This document shows positions 10,505 to 24,068 of a stretch of DNA of 64,000 nt, one piece after another. Position 1 is the first letter of the stretch. Each line of letters begins with the position of its first letter. The notes beneath the pieces were generated by a model that was given only the letters and a program-made list of their open reading frames with translations, ran no database searches and was not told the DNA's origin. The stretch spans positions 806,001 to 870,000 of the forward strand of contig CDRNST010000013.1 in the NCBI GenBank assembly GCA_977016875.1, read 5' to 3'. The stretch comes from Pavona decussata (lineage: Eukaryota). The position numbers and the translations under genes are program-made.

Positions 10505-13500
10505 TAAATATATGTTATTCACCAGCCGGGAGGTCCGTATTGGGAAAAACTGTGCCGGAGGTCTTGGCGGCCTTGGGCAGTATCCAAGACCTCCGGCACA
10601 GTTTTTCCCAATACGGACCGACCTAGGCTGGTGAATAACATTTTTATTTCTTTCTCAAACCCAACGAAATGCTTGCAAAAAAAAAAAAAAACCTGAACAA
10701 TTTAGGTCTGTAATTATGGCAAGATCTCCGTAAACTGAACAATTTTCTAGCAGAAAACAGAGGTAATGCAAATTAAAGAAAGAGGCTTCACTGAAACGTT
10801 TTTATTTGCGTAATAATAAAGGTGATTCAAAAGGCTTCCAAACAAACTTTGAAACATTTTGTATGAATATCTGTCACGATCTGACACCTGTCAATCAGAG
10901 AGCGCGTAGGAAAAAAGCGCATGTACACTTTTGAATGAACAACAGTTCAGGTGTCAGTGTGGCAAACAAAGTGAACGATATTTTCGTCAAAAACAGTCGA
11001 ATGAGCTAACGGAAAGTATTATCCAAAGAACTTGATTAAGTTCAGTTAACTAATTAGAATGGGAATCATCGCTGATGATTATTCTTCTTTTCTTGGGTTT
11101 CCAGGACTTTGGGCATTCTTCTTTTTCACGGTGAATGTTAAATGTGAAAGAACAACCTTCAATCTTCCCGATGCAAACGCCTGAGAAAACTCCTGGCTTA
11201 TTAACATCTTTGGGAAGCTGAGTCACCGGCAAAGTGCTGCTCTCGTGGAGGCTGCTTACTGTTGATGGTTGAGTGCTTTGTTCACCGGAGTGGCTTAAAA
11301 TCAAGGACATTTTTCGCTGATGCTCAAACGACGCTGCTTTGTAAGAATCGAGGCTCCTCAGATTTCTGTGACCCCTTAGTTGAGCGACGTAATTGACGGG
11401 GACTTCTGCATCCATGAGGCGAGAAATACACTTTTTTCGAACGGAGTGGTTAGTAATATTCCCCTGTAAGCCTGCTGCTTGTGCTCCTGTTGTCATCAGT
11501 TTACCAATCTCGTTTTTGCCGAGTGGTGCCTTCATGTACCAAATGCTGTTGCCTGGTCTTCTTCGATGATTGATAGCAAAGTAAAACGGGCTGTCAGCAT
11601 TGTTTCATTTCTTCTGGACGGTGCCTTTTTTTTTGTATTTTATTAATTTTTCACCTCAGAAGTGACAGTCAAAAAATACAGACAGAATATATACTTATTT
11701 ACTGACCCCCCTCCTCCCCCTCAAATAATCACACACATACACTTAACACGACGCACAATCACACAGCTAACAACAAGCCCTTAGACAGGAATTAAGATAT
11801 TATAATATAAAATTGTGAATGCATGTTTCGAAACACCTATTTATCTTCAAAAGGGACACTTGCCCCATTTCAAAGAGTGTGCTTGCCTTTTGTTCTTCCA
11901 TGTAGAAATCTGGCATTCTAATAAGTAAACTGACTTGATTTGTCCTAAGAGAACATTAAAGAGTGGTTTTGAATTGTTGATCCTACAATAGTATATCTAT
12001 TGTTTAGCAATGAGAATAATGTGATTCAACAACAGAAAGTCCTCCTTCCTTTGCCAATCAGCAAATATTATATCTACAGCAGATAGTGATTCAACCTTGA
12101 TATTTATGTTGTTGCACCGCATTACAAGTTTCTCCCATAACGTTGCAGTGAAAAGGCAAGTCACAAATAGATGTTCAAGGGATTCGTCATTCACACCACA
12201 AAAGGAACAGGCTGAAGAATCTATTTTGCCTATTTTCTTTAAAAACGTATTTGTTACTAGATACCTGTTCAAGACGTTATATTGAAATTCTCGTGATTTT
12301 GTGTCAAGAGCGACTTTAAACAGCAAGCTATAAATTTCCTTCCATTCCAAACAGACATTATCAAAGCTTTCATTATACCTCAATTGTGCTGTTGGCAGAG
12401 TTACCAATCCAGAAATTAATTCCCTATAGATGCTTTTAGACAACGCTTTGTCGATCAAAATAGCTTGATTATTTAAAACAAGTTGAATTTGATCATGAAG
12501 AACAAATGGTCTTTTATTCACATACCCATTCATTTTCAGAGATTGCCGCCACGGTGCAGGAATAGCGTCGATAAGGGCCATCAGATCAAAAACGTCTTTC
12601 GGAGAAAAATCCAGCTGGCGTACATTGCATTGACTAATAAATTATTTACCTTCCGTGACTAAATCACGTATTCTAATTAATCCCTTACTAGCCAACCTTA
12701 TGTTGAAGACAGATTTACCATTAATACAAATGAATTTATTATTCCATATGATAGTGTTGGATATTTCTTCATGTGACATTTCAAATTCATTCTCATATGC
12801 AGCTGCGGAACATTGTGTGAAACACTTTAAACATTCCTGGTAAAAGCTTGGAAGATTAATAGGGAGTCTTTTAACTTTAAAATCACAACAGAGAATAATT
12901 TTATCCCCAACCGGTTTCAGGTAGTGTGACAAAATTGTTTTCCAAGTACAAGGTTCCTCATCTGCAAATCTCTTGCAAACCATTATTCTTTGGGTCTTAA
13001 TAATAGATTCCAAATGCGGGGCTTCCATTCCACCATCTTTAGTGTCACTAATTAGGGACGTTCATTTTACCTTGTCTTTGCCTTTCCATATAAAATCAAA
13101 GATGATCTTATTGGCCTCAGTTACAACTTCTTTGTCAATGCAAATTGAACCAGCTCGATACATTAACATCAAAATCACAAAGGTTTTTATAATCTGAATT
13201 CGTCTGATGATTGTCAGATTCCTCCATTTCCATAATTGGAGTTTTGTTTTGATGGCACCTATTATTTCTATGAAGTTAAGCTTCTGTCTCAGAGGACGGT
13301 TATACGTGAAGTACACTCCTAGAACTTTCACTGCTTCCTTAATCTCAATATTCACCGTACTTCGATCTCGAATGGGGACAATAATAGAGTTCCCCAGAAC
13401 CAAAATTTCTGTTTTATCAAAATTTATGATAAGGCCCGAGAGGTTCCCAAACTTCTTAACAGCTTCAAGGAATACGCTTAGAGATTCGTCATTCCTTAAG

Positions 13501-15230
13501 AACTCGGTTAAGTCATCTGCAAAGAGCTCAAGTTTAATTTCAGTCCCATCCACAATAATTCCTTTATTATTGTCATTTTTACGTATACTTATAGCTAAAA
13601 TTTCAAGGACAATAATGAACAGGTACCGAGAAAGTGGATCTCCTTGTCTCACACCTCTTTGTATCTCAAAAGGTCCGGTAGAGAAACCATTGTTGAGAAC
13701 ACAGCTTGAAATATTTTGGTAAAAAGTGCGTACCTACTGTATGAAGGATGGACCAAAATTAAAGGCAGCCAGGGTCCTATACAGAAAGTTTATGCCTACT
13801 GAGTCAAAGGCCTTCTGAAAATCAACTGCTATCATTTTACCATTGAGTCTGTATCGTTCTGTAATATTCGAGTACGTCATCAATTGCCCTTATCGTGTCA
13901 TTGATTGTTCTTCCCTTAACATATGCATACTGATTATGATGAATTACTTTTGGTAGAACAGACTGCAATCTCAAGGCAATAGCTTTGGATCCTATCTTGG
14001 CATCCACATTAATCAAAGAAATGGGCTTCCAATTCGAAATTTTCCGTTTATCTTTACCTTTCTTCTCGAGCAAAGTTATTACCGCTTGTTTTTGTGACTT
14101 TGATAATTCACCTCGATCATATGAGCAATTGAGGCTGTTCACAAGGAATTCACCGAAAGTTTCCCAAAAAGTGATATAAAACTCTTCTGTGAGGCCATCG
14201 TTACCTGGCCATTTATTTTTCTGAAACGTTGACTTTTGAATTTCTTGTAGTAATAAACTGGACAACGTTCGTTGTTTGTTGCCTGGGCCGTTGGATTAAA
14301 CGCTCATGTATCACCATTGCCACGGCGGGTCTTGGATCCTCTCTCTGATTTCCAAATCAGAACTTCGTTGCCTGTTTTGTTGTCTGTTTGAAGAACAATA
14401 TCCATTTGAGTTTTCTGCTTTCATCTCGGGCACAGAATCCAAATTGAAGGGCCAATAACCACCAAACTGTGTGTTGGAGCGCTTCAGGGTTTTCATCGCC
14501 AAATTCACCGGAACGAAACAACAAATCTTCTTCAGTATTGGATAGTTCTTTTGCGGCATGAGCGCGATTTCCTTTCGCTTCTTCAAAAACCAGCTGTTTC
14601 TTTTTAGAAAGAAGAACTTCCCTGGACTTAAGGAACTCTCGGTCTTTGAGAATGTTTAGTTTGGAGTTCTTGTCGTTTAGATATCACTGCAGGCTTCTTT
14701 GAAACGATTGTAGCGTGGCTGGCTCATACGCTCCGCCATCTTTCTTCTTTATCTCCATCATGAAACGACATATCGAGATGTTTAGCTCGTCCGCAGGTAT
14801 GTCCTCAATTTTTCTGGCTTCACCCACCTCAAGAACAAATCTTTTCCAAACGTGTAAGTCGTACTCTGTTTTTTTCACTGTGTTTTCCAGTCGTTGTGAT
14901 AAAATATACTTTTGCACACTCACCATTGTAAACTGGACATTTTGCTGGTTTTCTTCATGTTGCGAACCAATGTTTTCTTTAGCATTGTAATTTTCCATCT
15001 CGTCGGGATAATAAAACTGGCTTCCGCTGTGATAGCTTTTGTCTGAGTCTATGTCGAAATTAGTACTTGCCATAAAAAAAGTGAAAGGTTTACATGATAA
15101 GCTTAAATTTATGAAAAATTGCAACGAAGCAAGTGATGTAATCGACGACTCATCACGCAAGGGATACCACCCGCTGTGAGCGGGCCGGATGGGAGAATAC
15201 TGCCCGCTCACGCACTGAGAAAAAAATAAA
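10505..15230 (-). mobile_element. Crypton (tyrosine recombinase, DUF3504-like) split by Tx1
   Basis: N-part 14238-15073 (ENTVKKT...RFMMEIKKKDG..YEP) and C-part 11050-11621 (PLGKN, TNHSVR, GHRN, DSY catalytic motifs); terminal palindrome 10512-10640. Confidence 0.85.
11630..14229 (-). mobile_element. 5'-truncated L1/Tx1 retrotransposon (RT + zf-RVT) with poly(A)
   Basis: PGNDG, WKPISLIN.D.K, RQGDPLS, FADD, CSFC...ESLEHLF..C; poly-T at 11626-11634 on +; approximate TSD AAAAG(T/G)CA. Confidence 0.9.
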
Positions 15231-15349
15231 GACTGCTTGCTTACTAGAATCTCTGCATGAGCATGGATATGTGGGCAATGGTAACTCTTGAAATATTTAT
15301 TATTTTTAGTACTCAGTCATGCTGGTGATGTTTCAGGATAGGACAGACA

Positions 15350-16650
15350 TACCCACTTATTCCTTCTTCCTCTGATTGTACAAATCACATTGGAATGTTA
15401 CGCCAGGCACCAAGCTGGACTGTCCTTGTATCTTTTAGTGCTTGAAAGTGCATCCCAGGAATCCCATTTTCATTGAAGGCTTTTAACATCACGTCTTCGG
15501 GTTCTTCATCAGGAACCAATAAGCAGATACTTCTCAGTTTCTCATACTTCTAGAGCACAACAAGACCAGTGCCTTTGGCCAGAAAATAGTACTTCACTTT
15601 GCCAAACTCATAATTGAAAACGGCAGCTGAACTGGACAATAAAGCTGCAGCTGTCTTCCTTGCTAATCTGTGGCGCATCTGACTATCAATTACCTTCCTG
15701 TTGGCCAGATGGACTTCCTCGCCCTGCAAGTCTAGCTGCTGGATCACTGTTTCAGGCAGTTCTGGGTTATTTGTAAAAGGCAGCATGAAGTAACAATGAC
15801 CCTCAAAGTGATGATGATCTTTGTCCTTTTTTGTAATTATGTGTTTTCGATGAAGGACTTCACTTCTGGCTCCATAGTTTCACATTCAACCAATGAGCCA
15901 GGGTTTTGGGCAAGGAGGAAGTTCCTTATGATTTCGGCAATTATTCCACAGGTTCCATGAAATTGTCATTTTAAGTGGCTTATCATTGCTTCACACACAA
16001 AACTAGAATCGAGAATAAGAGGGCCATGCTTGCGTACTTGATCTGGGAGATGTACTATTGCATGGGAAGTGTACAATCGTGGACAAAACTGTTAAGAAAC
16101 TTTTGTTCAATCTCCAAATTTGACCGCTACAATAACACATCTACAACACAGCCCCCCTTCCCCTCATCAATGTTGCGCTGCTGCTGAAAAAAAGCCAAAG
16201 TCATCATCCAACCTTCAAGGCAACATTGAGTTTGGGGGAGGGGGAAGTGAAGGTTTGCTACTCTCCAGGCGGTGTTTTCTTTAAGGCAGATTCAAAATTC
16301 GCAGTTTTCTTATCCAGTTTTGTCCGCGATTGTAGGTCTCTTCTGTTTCACCATGGTATCTTCTAATGAGCAGTTTTGCAAAGTCAGTATCTCTGTTGGT
16401 AATGGTATCAGCCGCAAGCAAACGGATGGCATTAAAAATAAGGGTGAACTGACAAAAGTACTGTGGAGGAAAATATGGTTTCACAATGGGAAGATTAATC
16501 CTTCCATCGTTTAAGTTCACTCAATAGCCTCACCTTATGGTTGAAGTAATGAGGGAACTTAATTGCCAACATTGCCTCATCAAAAGTCTTCTGAAACATC
16601 GGATAAAAATCCATTGGCGCTGTGAAGAGTTATCCAGGTATTGTATTGAC
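15350..16650 (-). pseudogene. EnSpm/CACTA transposase, C-terminal half (paralog of 6640-7590)
   Basis: NGFLSDVSEDFDEAMLAIKFPHYFNHKVRLLSELKRWKD; SHAIVHLPDQVRKHGPL...F.CE...L...HGT. Confidence 0.75.
16074..16332. mobile_element. MITE, TA-flanked
   Basis: TA|CAATCGTGGACAAAACTG...CAGTTTTGTCCGCGATTG|TA; internal C/G-rich arms like those of 156-421. Confidence 0.8.
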
Positions 16651-16659
16651 GTTTATTTG

Positions 16660-17245
16660 CCTTTTGTTCCTAATATATTTACAATTAGTTCATTGTTTAA
16701 TGTATGGCGAGGTGACCTCTCGAAACAACCAGTCTTATAGTTGAGGCCACCCCGTACATGACAATATATGCTTACATAGTTTTTACAACAAGTGTGTGGC
16801 TTTGCTAATTCAGTTATCATTTTACTAAAAATTCTAGCAGTTTATTCTTAAAGTTAGGAAAACTTCTCAAAGAAGTGATTGTAACAGGAAGAGAATTCCA
16901 GATCTTTGGACCTTGGTAAAGAATTGTGAATTTTTTCAGATTAATTCGGCAATGATGCACGTAATAGTTGTTGGCAGTTCTGGTGCTATAGCCATAAATT
17001 TGACTGTTTGTCAAAAGCAAGTTGAAAAACAAAGGAGGCAAAAGGTAGTTATGATAACAGTACATAAATTTCGCTATTTGAAACGTGTTGATTTGATAAA
17101 TGTCTAAAATTTAATAATTTGGAGAATAAAGGAGCAGAATGTGCTCTATAGTCTGAATTGGTAATAGCTCGCACAGCCCGTTTTTGCAAACAATAAATTC
17201 TATTTAAGTAAGTTACCTATGTAGACGACCATGCAGAGTTAAACA
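16660..17245 (-). mobile_element. CR1-group LINE 3' fragment
   Basis: YGYSTR, FTILYQGPKIWNSLP....FKNKL. Confidence 0.75.
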
Positions 17246-17259
17246 CAGAGACAACAAGT

Positions 17260-18341
17260 GAAACGGTATTTCTGCCATGTGCGATCTAGCTACATCAATC
17301 ATCTATATCCCGGATGAGGGACCGAGAGAGGTCTTGGGGCTAGTTCCCAACAGTCCTCACTGTTGATACATGTACCTACCGGTACATACAACTCCATTAA
17401 GTTTGCAATAATAATTATTTGTACCTCATCAGCAGTCAGGGGAAAGATGGCTACCTGTTTACAATTCCCAGTTTTCTTTTTGTTCTTCTTAGCTGGAAAT
17501 GCTTGTTGCATGTTCTTTAGTACTACATCATCTGTGGAGAAAATTAAACAACAATGAACTAATAATTATGTATCAATACAGTGGTTACAAAAATTGCTTT
17601 GGAAAAGACGTACGTACCTTTAGCTTCATCCCTTGTTTGAGAAAACCTCTGCGATAAGAATTCTTTCTACTTTTCAAACTGGCTTCTCCAAGCATGTAAG
17701 GCACCTCAACTACTGTGACATTTGTCAGTTTCTTCTCAAATTTCAGGATCCTGAGTAGTTCTTCCTCAAGCTGAAATCCATAAATAAAGAAGCTGCAACT
17801 TTCAGACGTATAGTGGTTTAATTTGTTTCACTCCAAGATCAGGGGAATTCTAGAGCAAAATTATTGGAGTTGTTTTCAGTATTCTAAGGCCTCTAGAAGG
17901 AGCAATCGTATAAAGGCAGCTTAAGTACAATTCTGAGACAAAAGAACTAAATGCAATAACAAGTTTACAATAACATTTGTAAAGCCATGTCACAAGTATA
18001 CTTGACTTATTTTAGTGATTAACATCAGCTCCACCATCAATTTAAGATTAAGGATAAGCATTGTTCTGTCATTCCAGTTTGAAGCAGATGTAAAAAAAAA
18101 ATATTTAAGTGAATTATTGAGGTACCTGATCCCGTGCACTAAGAACATTAAACTTTGCAATTGTTTCTCTGATTCTTGTTTGTACGTGAAGTTTTGTAAT
18201 CCAGTTTCTTTGGGCGAAAAATCCAGCATCCACAAGGTCCTTTATGACAGTCAGATCTGGAGCTCTCTTCCCAAGCTCTTTTTGAAGCCGTTTAGTATGT
18301 CTTTATAACGAGACTTCATCATTAACTGATTGTTGGGTTTC
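17260..18341 (-). pseudogene. Spliced ORF relic, probably EnSpm accessory gene (SAMD3-like)
   Basis: Exons with GT-AG sites; RHTKRLQKELGKRAPDLTVIKDLVDAGFFAQRNWI, LEEELLRIL; same strand and upstream of the EnSpm transposase piece. Confidence 0.35.
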
Positions 18342-18689
18342 TATAGGGGACATATAAAAACACTTAGCGTTAGACACTGACATTTATGCACATCTTAAAA
18401 CAGAGGGACCAAATTAAATTAACGTACAACGAAATCTCCAATCAAATTATTAAAAACAGACAAAGAAATTGAAAATAGTCTAAGATAATAAGCCAGTCTT
18501 TGATTTATATGAGATGTGACATCATATACATACATTAATTTTATTACAGGGTATGAAGTTCGTATTTTTTCCTATTTATTCCTTTTTTTTTTTTTGGCCT
18601 GCTTCCTACTTTTTCCTATTTTTAAAAGAAATTGCTATTTTATCCTATTTTTAGAAGTTTTACTAGGGGCACTAAAACACTTTCAAATA

Positions 18690-19112
18690 TTTGGGTCAAA
18701 TATTAAGGGTCATGTTTCCAGACAGCAAAATTGCAGCCGTCTTCAGCTTCAGCTTCAAGTGCTTCCTACATGATTGGTGAAGGGTTGGCACCTTATTTCA
18801 AAACAGTCATTATTGAAGTTGTAAAAGAAATCTAATCTTCCCTTTACCATGCACTTTGATGAAGCAAGCACTGTTCAGGTTAAAAAGCAAATGGAGTGGA
18901 CGCTATTGGTCACCCACTCACAATGAAAGTTTGGGTCGCATAATACACATCACTATCACTCTTTTTTGGTCATGCTGAAAGAGCCAAAGTGGCATCAAGG
19001 ATGTTCAGTCAAATGAAGGATGATGAAATTCCTATGGGAAAACTAAAGCACTTGCTAGAGATGGCCTAAATGTAAAAAAAAAATATATTTTGAATGAATT
19101 GCAGCAGATGAT
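18690..19112 (+). pseudogene. hAT transposase fragment, part 1
   Basis: GLAPYFK, FTMHFDEASTVQVKKQM, LFFGHA, DGLNVK (DGPNVN-like) across frameshifts. Confidence 0.7.
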
Positions 19113-21205
19113 TTAAGGCGGGGCTTAACCTAAAAAACAGGTTTTTTTTCAACAATTTTTCATGTTTAGGAGTTTGTTCTAAACCATGACAAACTATATA
19201 TTTGTAGAAAGCTCAGACCAAAGATTATGAAAAAAATACTATTGTGCCACAAAACTTTATTGTAACCTGATATCAATCAATTCTGCCACCTACTGGGCAC
19301 TACCAGGGCTTACTTGAGAAAAGATAACTCCTGCATGAATTGATCAAAATGAGTATTTTTTTACGATTTTTTAAAGAAGACAGATTGGTTATTATTTTAA
19401 GCATAGAGATTTGGAAATGTTGAAAACACACAAAATGGCGATCAATTGAATATGAGATGGAAAATCCAGCATGTGTTTCAATGCATAACTTTAAGCACAT
19501 GCACCATATAGAAACGTTCTACCCTTAAAACACCCAACTCACTGCGAACAACAAATCCTGAAAATTGCAGCTCAATGGGATAAATCTTTGTCAAGATATC
19601 TTTTCTCAAAGGCAAAAATACTGCGTTTTGTAAAAATGACATTTAAACTTACGGATAACACTAAAATACAATTTTTGAAAATTTTTTAAGCCTAAACAGT
19701 GTCCATTTTGTTCTTATTTTGTCCACAAGAGCTCCTGCCTCATAGGTGACTCCTGCTTCTCGTAGGCCTTCTTCTCGTCGGGTGTGTTAGAGCTGCTCGC
19801 CTTGACGGTGCTTTTTTTCTTTTTCTGTTGCCTGTAAATCAGACTTGCGTCGCCTTTTCTTATCTATTGCCTACAGAGACTCCACTGTGGATACTCCACC
19901 AGGAATAGACGGTAGCTGCATTGTTCTCAGTCTGCTGCTTGCTCCACTATGGTAATGGCAGACTGCTGATCCCACAGAACAGCGAACAACTTTAGCACCA
20001 TGGTGCTTATGTACAAACCATAGAGTTTACACACTCGTTGGGTTTTTTGTTGTGCCCAGAACACATCTCTTGAGAAGTTTGTCATCACTTAGTGAGACAA
20101 ACGTGGGTTTAAGGACCTCCAAAAAGACCTCAGGTAGGCAGTTGTCAATCTTGTATGTTGCATCTTGCTGCCATTTGCACCAGGAAGACTCACCTTGAGG
20201 ACAGAATCGATGCTGCTTGGGAAGGTCTTGTGCCTTCACAGAATGGTGAAGAAGGCGATAATATTCTTCCTCATTGAATACACAGCCACATCTACTTCTC
20301 TTCTTGTTGGAATGGATGTCTTCACGGTGTTTTAGCGAATACATGCATCAGGAGTTCTGGACGTCCTGTTGGATTACATGGCATTGTGGGTAGGCGGGCT
20401 CAGAAAAGTGGGCATCAACTTGCAGCTTCGCCATATTGGATTACATCGAGTGGCTTGGCTTCAGAGACCTTTCACGCAAAGAAACCCTTCCTTTGAGCAC
20501 AATTACTCGTGCAGGAATATAGAAAAACTAAATAAAAGGTATTTTAAAGGTAAGCTATTGTTTCATAACTTTTTGGCAACGTCATTCTAACGATTTTAGG
20601 CTGCAGAGTGTACTCAATTTGAGATGCATGGGATTCTTTTAAAGTTATTTTCTGGACAATAGTTCCAACTTTGCCAGGGTGGGGTGAGGGGCAATCTTTC
20701 TGTGTGGTGATGCTAAGTCTATTGTCAGGGTTTAGGTTCAAATTAGGCTCTGTTTTGGGTGTCCTGGCTATTTTGACAGCTTTTCAAATTTTTTGCAAAT
20801 TATAAATTTAAATTGTCATTAAATTGATCAACAAAGGACACACTATGCTTCTGTAAGCATATTATGCCATAATATGTTAAAGTTAAACACTTTGAGTGGA
20901 ACCAAACAAAGACTTTTAAATCTTTAAAACTACAAGTTGCACATCTGTCTGTTTATATGGGGGCCCCTTCTGGGTTTAGCCAGTTATTTATGAGAATTTT
21001 TTATTGTTCATGCTAAAATGCAACCAGTAGAAAAATTATTGATGCTTCTTGGTTGATTTCGTGCTTATTGTTCACAACTTACGAATATTTCAAGCAAAAA
21101 TGACATTTGCTTGTGTGTGAAAATGGGCACTCTCAAATCATAAATATTAGAGCTCAGTGAATCACTCACCATAAGAAGAAAAATTGAACTTAGGATTATT
21201 GGGAA

Positions 21206-22826
21206 ATGGGCTGCTACGACCTGTGAGCTTTATGGTTGTAACAATAGCTCAAGCATGTGTGACTGCCAGCCACCCTTCAAATTATTCCCGTTACCGACAG
21301 AAAAGAAGAACCCGGAATGCCGATTACAATGGGCAAAAAATGTAAGCAGAAACAGTTTGAATGGGACTCTTTGGATGCCTAACAAGGATTCAAGAGTTTG
21401 TAATCTACACTTTGTTGATGGTGAACCAACGGCTGAAAACCCAGACCGAACTTTGCAACTTGGTCACAACAAGAAAACGAGAGCCTCCAAACGCCCAACA
21501 CCAACGCCACGGGATAACTCTCTTGCAGTAAGATCCAGAAAACGAGCTAAGCTAGATACATGTAGCAATGAAATACCAGTACTTGTTCTTGACCACTCAG
21601 CCGACAACCTGGCTTGTGATGATGTTGAGTTTCAAGACCCTGAGCCCTCTACTTCTATCAGTGATTGTATTGACATAGACAGAGCATCCGTAATTCATGG
21701 CCATTGCTATGTCTATGGCTGGTATGAAATTAATGAAAATTCGAATTTTTGCATGAACACATCTTGCTTTAAAAGCAGGCAAGACAAAGATGAAAAAATT
21801 ATGGAACTTTCAGAGAAAATACCGGAGCTAAGTGAAACGTGAAGTTGCTGGAAGTTCAACTTGTGGCTAAACAGGGTAAGGGATTGAAGCATTCAGATCT
21901 GAGAAATAACCAGACTGTAAATTTACTGACTGATATCCCATCAGAGCCTGCCTTTCGCAAATTATTTGACTCTGTGAAAGGATCTATAAAAAAGTGAGAT
22001 ATTGGAGTGGCCCTAAGAAAACCTCCAGAAAAGACAGGAACTTTAGGAAAGCACCCAAAAAATTTGGACCAAAACGGGATCTTTCTCAAAAGGACGAGTT
22101 TTTTTTTTTAACACTAATGAAACTGCGTTTGGGATTCACTAATGCAGACCTTGCACAAAGATTTGGCATTTCACGCAGTACCGTATCAACTATTTTCAGC
22201 ACATGGGTCAAAATTTGGGATAGTGAACTGAAATGCCTAATATACAATCCTAGCATGGAAGTTGTAAAGAAAACACTGCCAAAGAAGTTAAAAAACCAGG
22301 ATACTGCAAGGTGCGCCATATAATAGACTGCACTAAAATTTTTATGGAGACCCCAAGCGTCCCTGTAATTGAGGCATCGACGTGGTCAGATTACAAGCAC
22401 CACAATACTGCAAAAATCCTAGTTTCAATCACTCCAAATGGGGCCTTCAACTTCATCTCAGAGGCATGGGGTGGGCGCACCTCAGATGTCCATTTGACAA
22501 GGGAATCAGAGCTTTACAACATCCTTGCGCCATATGATTCAGTAATGGCAGATCGTGAATTCACTTTTGCAGAGGATCTTTCGCTTCACAGAGCTGACCT
22601 TTTTATTCCGCCAGGGAAACGTGGACAAGAACAGTTCACGAAAGCTGATGTACAGAAAACTAAGACAATAGCTAATCTACGCATTTTTGTAGAACAGGCC
22701 ATCAGGCGGCTGAAAATGTTCCGTATAATCAAGAACGAACTGCCTATCTCTCTTATTGGTAATCTTGATAACATTATCACTGTCAGTGCAGCATTATCCA
22801 ATTTGTACAAGCCCCTTTGCAAGTAA
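21206..22826 (+). pseudogene. ISL2EU-type transposase (THAP + HTH + DDE_Tnp_4), frameshifted
   Basis: THAP (LFPLP..W..VCNLHF), LTLMKLRLG...LAQRFGIS, IIDCT, YKHHNT, WGGRTSD, MADR.F, RIFVEQAIRRLK. Confidence 0.85.
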
Positions 22827-23399
22827 CACTTTTTTTTTTTGGCTCAAGATATAGAGTAAAATGTGTAATTCACGAGAAAATCCATACCCCCACCATGGAG
22901 GGAAATTGGAAATTCCAGGGGTAGGGGCAATTTGCTGCCTGTTTTATAGGAGATAAACATCCATAAAACACTACACGTTTCATTTGGAAATTCATTAAGG
23001 GTTGGGGGCTCGTTTGAAAAATAATTCCCTCCATGGTTTGGGTACGGACTTCTGTCCGTTCTGGAATAACATAATTCAAGATATCAATAGTATGTTCACA
23101 GGTTTCCTTCCGCTGATAAGATGACATTACCTCAAATATGCATAATCAGGGGCTTAGCCAGGGGAGGGGGGGGGGAGCAAAGGGCCTGGGCCACCTCTCT
23201 GGAAAGTAATATATAGTAAATATATGGGACAGTCATACAATAACTATACAATAATACATGTAGTTGTTCAATTATATTGTGCAGGCTCCATGGAAATATG
23301 ATTACCTGTTTATAAAATTTTCTCAGTCAGATCCATTTTTTAGGTATTTTTTAAACAATTTATTTTTGCGGTAGTTTCAGGGCTGGTGAAAGGCAATTA

Positions 23400-24068
23400 A
23401 TATAAAACCAGGTTAGATTTTCTTCAAGCCTGTGGCATTAAATCTGATTGTTTCCAAGTGATAGCCCTTTTGTGTGTATAGAAATAAATAGCACAATTTC
23501 CTCTTTGTTATGGCCATCCCGCCCTGGACCTGTGCAAAGTACTGATGCTGCCTCTTTAAAGCTACTTCATAGTAATAACAGTAATTTATGCTCCCTCTCA
23601 TCTATCTTGGTATTACAAACCCAGCAACACATCTACAGTAGGCATTGACTATAAAGCCATTATTATTGTTCACACAAATCCATGCGGAATGTAGTGTATC
23701 CGATATTTTTATTGAATGAGTGCATTTTGCTTTTAAAAGCAATATTCCGAGTCATCTGTGATTTTATGATATGATATCTCTGTCACCCAGCCAAAGTCAA
23801 ACAAACAATATGCCTTCACTTGTTTGTATTCATTTAGAACACGTTTCTGGAAGTCAACATCCTTCCCTGGGTGATCACTCATCAAAAACAATGTTATATC
23901 AATCAGGTTTATCGGCGACCAAGAAGTCATGCTTTCACTTTCCTTCACCCAACCATCCTTCAGTGTCAAAGGATCTGTAACTGAGGTTCCGTTTGGCATT
24001 ATGAGTAATTTTGCCTTCTCTTTATCGGTAGTAGCGATTCGTTCCGGAGGCTTGATAGGAATTCCACC
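23400..24068 (-). pseudogene. YqaJ-like exonuclease gene of ISL2EU (convergent partner), deleted
   Basis: LKRQHQYFAQVQGGMAIT....C.LFLYT; DPLTLKDGW...EYKQ.KAY..F..GWV. Confidence 0.75.

Noticed and set aside
13207-13722. Long plus-strand ORFs opposite Tx1 and RTE (also 33260-33817, 34685-35449)
   Set aside because: Antisense shadows of RT coding sequence.
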